Assembly: GCA_034723545.1 (NCBI GenBank)
Contig: JAYEPA010000110.1
Coordinates: forward strand, 1,242-65,241
Origin: Thermodesulfobacteriota bacterium
Lineage (GTDB): Bacteria > Desulfobacterota > Desulfobulbia > Desulfobulbales > SURF-16
Length of the DNA stretch: 64,000 nt
Direction of reading: 5' to 3'
The translations under genes and the position numbers were made by a program. Under the pieces are notes generated by a model. The model was not told where the DNA came from. It made no database searches and was given only the letters and a program-made list of their open reading frames with translations. Shown here one piece after another: positions 36,116 through 43,116 of the stretch; position 1 is the first letter of the stretch, and the number at the start of each line of letters is the position of its first letter.

Positions 36116-38206
36116 ATGCTAAAAATTCAAAACCTTCAAGTTCATTGCGGGGCAGCCCAGGCCCTGTTCGGCATTGATCTCGATGTCAGCCAGGGAGAAA
36201 CCGTGGCCCTGGTAGGAGCTAATGGCGCCGGCAAGAGCACTTTGCTGAAAGCTGTCATGGGACTGGTGCGTCCGAGCCGGGGTTCCATCTTCTTTGAAGG
36301 AACTGATGTAACCGGTTTTTCGGCCGTGCGCATGGTGCGGCAGGGGCTGGCCCTTTCACCCGAGGGCAGGCAACTTTTTGGCGAACTCACGGTTTTCGAA
36401 AATCTGCAACTCGGCGCTCTGGCCCTGAAACTGAACAAGTTAAAGGTCAAACAGGGGATGGAGGAAGTTTTCTCACGTTTCCCCAAACTTGCGGAGCGAA
36501 GAGATCAGCAGGCCGCCACCCTGTCCGGCGGCGAACAGCAGATGGTGGCCATGGGCAGGGCCCTGATGGCCCGGCCCCGGCTCCTTCTACTGGACGAACC
36601 CAGCCTGGGGCTTGCGCCGTTGATCACCGATGAGATTTTTGCTATCATCCGTCAACTTTCCCGTTCCGGTGTGACGATTTTACTGGTGGAGCAGAACGCG
36701 GCCCGGGCCCTGTCCGCCTCCACCTCCGCTTACCTGCTGGCCAATGGCCGGATTATCCATTCGGGCAACAGTGAAAAGCTGCTGGCCGACCCCAAACTTC
36801 GCCAGGCCTTTCTCGGGGCCGGAAGCGACAGCAGACCGGAGGCAAGCCGTCTTGGCGCCGCCGGTCTGACAAATATCAGATTGGAGAAACCCGATATGAC
36901 AAATCAGTCATTTATGCCCTCTTTCAAGAGTGAAGAGGAGCTGCACGCCCATCAGCTCAAGGGACTGCAATGGACGATTAATCATGTTTATCAAGGTTCG
37001 AGTTTTTACCGAACGCAACTGGAAAAGGTCGGAGTTCAACCGTCGGACATTCAATCGCTGGATGATCTGCAGAAACTGCCCTTTACCTCGGCCCATGACC
37101 TGCGCGACGGCTATCCTTTTCCCCTGCGATCCGTACCCTACGAGCAGATCACCCGTATCCATGCCAGCTCCGGCACCACGGGCAAGCGCAAGATCCTGGC
37201 TTACACCCAAAAAGACGTGGACGACTGGACCGACTTTTTTGCCCGCTCCTATGAAATGGCCGGTGTCACACCTCTGGACCGGATTCAGATTGCCGTGGGT
37301 TACGGCGTCTGGACAGCGGGCATGGGTTTCCAGCTCGGCTGTGAAAGAATTGGCGCCCTGGCCGTGCCAACCGGACCCGGCAACATTGATTTGCAGTGCC
37401 AGTTCATGCTTGATTTTCAATCCACTGTCTTCTGTTCCACTGCCTCCATGGCCCTGCTCATGGCCGAAGAAATTCATAAACGGGGGATTGCCGATAAAAT
37501 CAATATTAAAAAAATTATCTATGGTTCGGAACGTTCTTCCGTGTCCATGCGCCAGAAAATTTCCGAGCTTTTCGGCGGAGCGGAACTCTTTGACATTCCC
37601 GGCCTCACCGAGCTGTACGGTCCGGGAACCGGCATTGAATGCCCGAATCATGACTGCATTCATTACTGGGCTGACTATTACATCCTGGAAATTCTTGATC
37701 CAGAAACATTAAAACCGGTGGAACCAGGTGATTGGGGAGAGATGGTGGTCACCACACTCTGCAAGGAGGCGGCTCCCCTGATCCGTTACCGGACACGGGA
37801 TATCACCCGCATCATTCCCGGGCCCTGCACCTGCGGCTCCATCATGCCGCGTCATTCCCGAATCAGGGGGCGCAGCGATGATATGATGAAGTTTCGCGGC
37901 GTTAACATCTATCCCTCCAGCATTGACTCCATTCTTTCGGAAATTCCGGGCCTGGGTTCTGAATACCAGGTCCATCTTTCCAGGGATGACGCAAGCGGCC
38001 GCGACTCAATGAAACTTATGGTGGAGCAGGGGGAGCATTGTGACAAAAAGAGAAGTATTGAGCTTGCCAGGGAAACAGTGCATCAGATGAAGAAGAAATT
38101 GCTGGTCACGCCGGATGTTGAGGTGGTTAAATACGGATCTCTGCCGCGCTCCGAGCGCAAGAGTCAACGGGTTTTTGATACGCGTCTTCAAGATGATATT
38201 GTCTAA
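36116..38206 (+). CDS. Fusion: LivF-type ABC ATPase (aa 1-234) plus phenylacetate/arylacetate-CoA ligase (PaaK family, aa about 261-696)
   Basis: LVGANGAGKSTLLKAV, LSGGEQQMVAMGRAL, LLLDEPSLGLAP, ...AFLG. A 26-aa linker with no stop follows. PaaK-type motifs: IHASSGTTGKRKILAYT, GLTELYGPG, YRTRD. An internal ATG at 36896 has GGAGA 9 nt upstream. Confidence 0.85.
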   Translation: MLKIQNLQVHCGAAQALFGIDLDVSQGETVALVGANGAGKSTLLKAVMGLVRPSRGSIFFEGTDVTGFSAVRMVRQGLALSPEGRQLFGELTVFENLQLGALALKLNKLKVKQGMEEVFSRFPKLAERRDQQAATLSGGEQQMVAMGRALMARPRLLLLDEPSLGLAPLITDEIFAIIRQLSRSGVTILLVEQNAARALSASTSAYLLANGRIIHSGNSEKLLADPKLRQAFLGAGSDSRPEASRLGAAGLTNIRLEKPDMTNQSFMPSFKSEEELHAHQLKGLQWTINHVYQGSSFYRTQLEKVGVQPSDIQSLDDLQKLPFTSAHDLRDGYPFPLRSVPYEQITRIHASSGTTGKRKILAYTQKDVDDWTDFFARSYEMAGVTPLDRIQIAVGYGVWTAGMGFQLGCERIGALAVPTGPGNIDLQCQFMLDFQSTVFCSTASMALLMAEEIHKRGIADKINIKKIIYGSERSSVSMRQKISELFGGAELFDIPGLTELYGPGTGIECPNHDCIHYWADYYILEILDPETLKPVEPGDWGEMVVTTLCKEAAPLIRYRTRDITRIIPGPCTCGSIMPRHSRIRGRSDDMMKFRGVNIYPSSIDSILSEIPGLGSEYQVHLSRDDASGRDSMKLMVEQGEHCDKKRSIELARETVHQMKKKLLVTPDVEVVKYGSLPRSERKSQRVFDTRLQDDIV

Positions 38207-38212
38207 TCTAAA

Positions 38213-38347
38213 GTAAATGTTCAGCAGCACTCCATCTGCACTCGATCAGGCTGATTCACATAGGACTACTATAGTGTTCCAGCCTGCTCGGAGTCTTCGC
38301 TACGTTTCGCTTACCTGCGCACATCTGGAGCACTGCTGAACATTTAC
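38213..38347. mobile_element. Palindromic MITE-like repeat (copy e)
   Basis: GTAAATGTTCAGCAGCACTCCA ... TGGAGCACTGCTGAACATTTAC are near-perfect inverted ends. The core is shared with the other copies. Confidence 0.7.
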
Positions 38348-38599
38348 AATCCGAGTTTTTCGTGACATTTTTCACATACGCTGAACAGAATAGCCATGCC
38401 CTTTACTCACAAATTTAAGCACACAAGCAAACATTAATTCCTGTATAAAAGCACTCGGGGATGACGATAGTGACGAAAAAGCCCATCTTATGACTTATGG
38501 TAAAGGGTAGGGCTAGCCCCTTTATTTGCAGAAACAAGTCCATCGTGTTAAAAAAAACAGCACTTGCCACCCAAAAACACTTTTAAGGAGATGAGAAAA

Positions 38600-39769
38600 A
38601 TGAAAAAAATCAAATTTTACTTTGCCATTATGGCGGCTCTGTGCATGACATTGCCCACTGCTTCCGCCCTGGCGATGGAGAACATCAAAATAGGGGCCTT
38701 CTTTGACCTCTCCGGCCCGGCCAGTTTTATCGGGACGCCCACCAGGCTTGTGGCTGAAATGGTCGTGGATCAAATTAACAGAAATGGCGGCGTTAACGGC
38801 AAGGAAATCATATTAATTATCGGCGACACCGAAGGCAATCCGGCCAAGGCGGCCACTATTGCCAAAAAATTTATCTATAAAGACAAGGTTGCGGCCATTG
38901 TCGGACCCACCCGAACCGGTACCGGAATGAATGTAAAGAGCATTGTCGAGAAGGCCGGCATGCCCACATTCATGACCGTGGGCGGCGATCCGGTGATCAT
39001 GGGCGGTAAATTCGGCCCTTACTCCTACATTTTTAAATCCCCCCAGCGTTCTTCTGTTGCGGTTAAAAGGCTGTACAGCTATCTGCAGGAAAAAGGATTG
39101 ACGAAAATTGCGCTGCTCACCGCCGCTGATGGTTTTGGTAAGGACGGCGGCCGCTGGCTCGACAAACTGGCCGGGGATTACGGCTTGACCGTTGTCGCAA
39201 AAGAATCATTCGGTCCCAAGGACACCGATATGACGGCCCAGCTCACCAACCTCAAAAACAGTCAGCCACAAGCCATTGTCTGCTGGACCATTGGTGCGGC
39301 CGGTTCCATCGTGGCCAAGAACAAGGTTCAGCTCGGCATAACCGCGCCTCTTTTTCAATGTCATGGCCTGCCTGATCCAAAATACATTGAACTGGCCGGC
39401 AAGGCTTCCGAGGGCGACCGCATGCCCGCCACCAAGCTGATGGTGGCTGACCAGCTGTCGGATGATGATCCCCAGAAAAAGGTGATTAATGAATTTGTTC
39501 ATCTTTACCGGGATGTCTATCATTTTGATGAAAAATTTCCCATCAATACCCATTCCGGCTATGCCTGGGACGCAATCAGCATTGTGGCCGAGGCCATGAA
39601 AAAAGTCGGCACCGAACCCAAGGCTCTGCGCGTGGCTATTGAAGAGACGAAAGGCTATGTCGGCATCTCCGGTATCTATAACATCACCCCGGAAGATCAC
39701 AACGGCCTGGATGTAGATTCCATGGTTATTGTTCAAGTGAAAGACGGAAAATTCACCATGGCCGACTAA
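38600..39769 (+). CDS. ABC transporter periplasmic substrate-binding protein (LivJ/K-type fold)
   Basis: Signal peptide MKKIKFYFAIMAALCMTLPTASALA, IKIGAFFDLSGPASFIGTP. AAGGAG lies 9 nt upstream of ATG 38600. Confidence 0.85.
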   Translation: MKKIKFYFAIMAALCMTLPTASALAMENIKIGAFFDLSGPASFIGTPTRLVAEMVVDQINRNGGVNGKEIILIIGDTEGNPAKAATIAKKFIYKDKVAAIVGPTRTGTGMNVKSIVEKAGMPTFMTVGGDPVIMGGKFGPYSYIFKSPQRSSVAVKRLYSYLQEKGLTKIALLTAADGFGKDGGRWLDKLAGDYGLTVVAKESFGPKDTDMTAQLTNLKNSQPQAIVCWTIGAAGSIVAKNKVQLGITAPLFQCHGLPDPKYIELAGKASEGDRMPATKLMVADQLSDDDPQKKVINEFVHLYRDVYHFDEKFPINTHSGYAWDAISIVAEAMKKVGTEPKALRVAIEETKGYVGISGIYNITPEDHNGLDVDSMVIVQVKDGKFTMAD

Positions 39770-39797
39770 TCAGTTTCATCTATTCTCAACAAAAAAA

Positions 39798-39840
39798 GGG
39801 TGCAGAGGGATTTATTGATTTCCTCCGCACCCTTTTTTTA
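39798..39840 (+). terminator. Rho-independent terminator
   Basis: GGGTGCAGAGGGA-loop-TCCTCCGCACCC followed by TTTTTTT. Confidence 0.75.
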
Positions 39841-39867
39841 TAAACCACGACATTAACCGGATTAAAC

Positions 39868-40057
39868 GTAACTTCTCAATAACTGGTGACAATTTTATCA
39901 AAAGAGATCAGGCTTACGAAATTACTAGCTGTGTGCGAATGCGTAGGAGCCCGGCCCCCGGGCGATATAATGATGTTTTGCAGTATCAGCCGAACATAAT
40001 CGCCCACAGGGTGGGCGCTCCTACACCAAACAAGCACCCCATTTATTGAGAAGTTAC
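39868..40057. mobile_element. 190-bp MITE with a perfect 15-bp TIR (GTAACTTCTCAATAA)
   Basis: TIRs at 39868-39882 and 40043-40057. Flanking 8-mers are GATTAAAC and GATTGAAC (7/8). The internal palindrome GTAGGAGC...GCTCCTAC (39943-40024) recurs at 46789-46870. Confidence 0.7.
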
Positions 40058-40069
40058 GATTGAACGGGT

Positions 40070-41326
40070 TCAACGAAGGATCTTTGTTTTTGTTTCTTTA
40101 ATGATTCGGCAAAACTCCTCCTTACTGTCAACAGCGCAGCTTCGCACCACTGATCTTTTTAGAAGTATAGGAGTCAGAAGAGTGGTGATAAATGCCATCA
40201 GGACAAGGGCTGAAAACTGGTGATCAGTCAACAGCGGTTCATCGATTATATTCTTTTGCAGAAGCTCATTGCTCAACTTGATCACAACCGTGGCGACAAC
40301 AAGTTCCACCGCGCCCCTGCCGTTCATGCCCAGGCCGATCAGCAGTGATTCTTTAGGGGCCTGTCCAACCAGCCTGGCCGCTCCGGCGCAGCCGAAAACT
40401 TTGCCAAAAATCGCCACCAGGATCAAGGTGGCCACAAAAAACAAAAAAGACAGATCCCAGCTGATGTGGAGATGAAAAGCCAGAGTGGCAAAGAAAATCG
40501 GCGTCAAAAAACCATAACTTATGCCATAAAACCGATCACTGATGGCATCGTACACCTTCTCATTCATGGTTTCTTTTCTGACAAATTGTCCTGCCAGAAA
40601 TGCGCCGATCACCAGATGTAATCCGGCAAGCTCTGCCATGTAAGCCATCACCAGGGCTGACACCATGGCAAAAGTAAATCCCTTGCCGTGGTAATCGTTC
40701 AGCCTTCTGGTGAGATGAGGCATAATAAAATGGCCGATGGAAATTGTGACACCAAAAAACAGCACCACCTTGCCGATAATAATGGCAACGGATGTCACGT
40801 CGACAGTGCCGCTTTTCGCCAGTCCCAGCAGGATTGAAAGTGTGCACAATGAGAGAATGTCATCAACGATGGCCGCTCCCATAATGATGTTGCCGATGTT
40901 GGTTTTGTGGATTTGCAGCGACTGAAGGATCACGGCCTGAACGGCAATCGCCGTTATCGACAAACCCATGCCGACAAAAAGCGACTGATAGAGGGTGCCG
41001 CCGAAAGCCTTGCAGACAAAATAGCCCAAGATAAAGGGAATAAAGAAGCCGCCCAGGGCCACCACAACCGAAGGGAAAAGGTTTTTGATAAGATTTTTAG
41101 GGTCCATCTCCATGCCGGCATAGAACATGGCAAAGAAAATGCCCATTTCCGCCAGAAATTCGAGAGTTTCCGATGGTTGAACAATGCCAAACAGGGGAGG
41201 GCCCAGGATGAGTCCGGCAGTGAGTTCCCCCAGCATTGGCGGCAGTTCGAGTTTGATAAAAACGGTTCCAAGAATCCATGCCAACCCTAAAATAAGCAGG
41301 ACCTGAATGATAAGGTGTTCGTTCAT
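40070..41326 (-). CDS. Cation:proton antiporter (CPA2 / Na+/H+ exchanger family)
   Basis: 418-aa polytopic protein with a typical Kef/NapA-like N-terminus (LLILGLAWILGTVFIKLELPPMLGELTAGLILGP). Confidence 0.85.
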   Translation of the reverse strand: MNEHLIIQVLLILGLAWILGTVFIKLELPPMLGELTAGLILGPPLFGIVQPSETLEFLAEMGIFFAMFYAGMEMDPKNLIKNLFPSVVVALGGFFIPFILGYFVCKAFGGTLYQSLFVGMGLSITAIAVQAVILQSLQIHKTNIGNIIMGAAIVDDILSLCTLSILLGLAKSGTVDVTSVAIIIGKVVLFFGVTISIGHFIMPHLTRRLNDYHGKGFTFAMVSALVMAYMAELAGLHLVIGAFLAGQFVRKETMNEKVYDAISDRFYGISYGFLTPIFFATLAFHLHISWDLSFLFFVATLILVAIFGKVFGCAGAARLVGQAPKESLLIGLGMNGRGAVELVVATVVIKLSNELLQKNIIDEPLLTDHQFSALVLMAFITTLLTPILLKRSVVRSCAVDSKEEFCRIIKETKTKILR

Positions 41327-41700
41327 AATATTACGTTTCGTTTAGATGGCTTTTTTTGCCTGGATATGAAACAGGCTTGTTCAGCAATTTTCAGGGTTTC
41401 GCGTTGATCTGCGCAAAACCATTCCATTTTCCAATATACATTTATTCCGAAATTCTGTTTTTTGCATCATTATTAGTGGGTTTCAATTGGTTTGACAGAT
41501 AAAAGAAAAAAATGGTATAAAATGATGTTCCTTTTTTTTATTATGTTCAAAAAAGTTTTTTAAATCTATACGGCAAAAAAAAAATTCAATAATTTTCTTA
41601 GTTGACACGATAGGGATAGAGAATTTTTCCCTCTATATGGTTTGATAATTGCATGTTTATTTCTGAAAAGTGAGCACATAAAACAACATCCAGGCACATT

Positions 41701-42579
41701 ATGAAAAACAAACTCCATATAGTTATTACCGGCGAAAGGGAAACAACCAGATCGTATCTAATATCAAAGAGTTCACTGATTACTCTGTTTTTTTCCTCAT
41801 TGTCACTCGTTATTCTGCTGGCTGTTTTTTCCTTTCTCAGTCTAAAAGATACCTGCCAAACTGTCCAACTCAAGGCATCTCATGATCGTCTTGTAAAACA
41901 AATTGCAGAAAAGGAGGCGGAGTACCAAACCATTCTTGATGATCTTAAGGTTAAGGATGACGAAAGGGAGAAGCTGTTAAGTACAGCCCTGAGTGAGCTG
42001 AAAAACAGAAGTGAAATAGTTGAATCTATCCTGAAAACTGTCGGTATTAAGACCTCAATTAAGGAAAGTACAAAGCATAGTGGTGGTCCTTTCACCCCTC
42101 TTGGCGAGGATTCCTACGAAGACCTTATTTTTAGACTGGATCATTCACTGGATATTATTAAGTCGGTTCCCCTCGGGACACCTGTTCTCGGAACCATTAC
42201 CTCACTGTATGGTCGACGAGTAGACCCAATCAACAAAAAAGCAGCTTTTCATAGCGGCATTGACATTAGAAAAAAAAGTGGTGCCGAGATTACCACAACT
42301 GCTGACGGTAAGGTTCTCAAGAAGGGGTATAACAAAGGTCAAGGTAATTATGTCACCATTGGTCACGGCAAAGATTTTAAAACCCGTTATTTTCACATGA
42401 AAAAAAGTTTCGTTGAAAAGGGAGACCAGGTAAAGCGCGGCCAGGTGATCGGTCTTGTGGGTAATACAGGCCGCAGTACCGGACCTCATCTTCATTATGA
42501 AATTCATTATAATCAAAAAAGTGTAAATCCCCTGAAATTTGTTCGAGTTGCCCGCAACATGCCCTCTGTTAAAAAGTAA
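41701..42579 (+). CDS. M23 (LytM-type) peptidase with N-terminal TM helix and coiled coil
   Basis: FHSGIDIRKKSGAEITTTADGKV and GNTGRSTGPHLHYEI metal-binding motifs. Confidence 0.85.
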   Translation: MKNKLHIVITGERETTRSYLISKSSLITLFFSSLSLVILLAVFSFLSLKDTCQTVQLKASHDRLVKQIAEKEAEYQTILDDLKVKDDEREKLLSTALSELKNRSEIVESILKTVGIKTSIKESTKHSGGPFTPLGEDSYEDLIFRLDHSLDIIKSVPLGTPVLGTITSLYGRRVDPINKKAAFHSGIDIRKKSGAEITTTADGKVLKKGYNKGQGNYVTIGHGKDFKTRYFHMKKSFVEKGDQVKRGQVIGLVGNTGRSTGPHLHYEIHYNQKSVNPLKFVRVARNMPSVKK

Positions 42580-42631
42580 TTTTTTCCACGAACTTATGTC
42601 TCAAAGTGACCAACAATCTTAAGGAGTTTTT

Positions 42632-43072
42632 ATGAGTTTTTTTAAAAAAAATGATAACAACCCAGAGATGAATTTCGACGGTAACAACGTTGCCATCAGC
42701 AGCATTATCGGCAATGGAATGAATTTCACCGGCAATGTCAATTTTACCGGTAAACTTCGTCTTGATGGTTCTATTGAAGGAAATGTCAAAGGAGACCATC
42801 TTGTTATGGGTGAAACAGGCAGTATCACAGGTGATGTTGATATAGACACCTTTATCTGTCAGGGTAGGGTTCAGGGTAATATCAAGGCCTGTAATCTCAA
42901 TGTCGTCAAGGGGTGTCGGATTGATGGCAATGTGGAGGCTGTTAATCTCCTTGTGGAAGGTGGTGCCTCTCTCAATGGCGAGGTGAAGGTTGAAACCAGT
43001 GATTTGCGTCTGCTCAAGGGCGGAGCCCCGGAAGAAGAGCAAGAAGAAGCTATTGCGCAAGCAGCTCATTAA
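42632..43072 (+). CDS. Bactofilin (polymer-forming cytoskeletal protein)
   Basis: Beta-helical repeats GNVNFTGKLRLDGSIEGNVKGDHLVMGETGSITGDVDIDTFICQGRVQGNIKA..., acidic tail, AAGGAG upstream. Confidence 0.85.
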   Translation: MSFFKKNDNNPEMNFDGNNVAISSIIGNGMNFTGNVNFTGKLRLDGSIEGNVKGDHLVMGETGSITGDVDIDTFICQGRVQGNIKACNLNVVKGCRIDGNVEAVNLLVEGGASLNGEVKVETSDLRLLKGGAPEEEQEEAIAQAAH

Positions 43073-43116
43073 AATGTGATCCGGAAGTCGCCATGCTCTG
43101 CTTTACGAGACCCCGA

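Noticed and set aside
36896-38206. Treating paaK as a separate gene from livF
   Set aside because: There is no stop codon between the LivF C-terminal ...AFLG and the PaaK domain, so the annotation is a fusion. Independent initiation at ATG 36896 (GGAGA upstream) remains possible and is noted in the finding.
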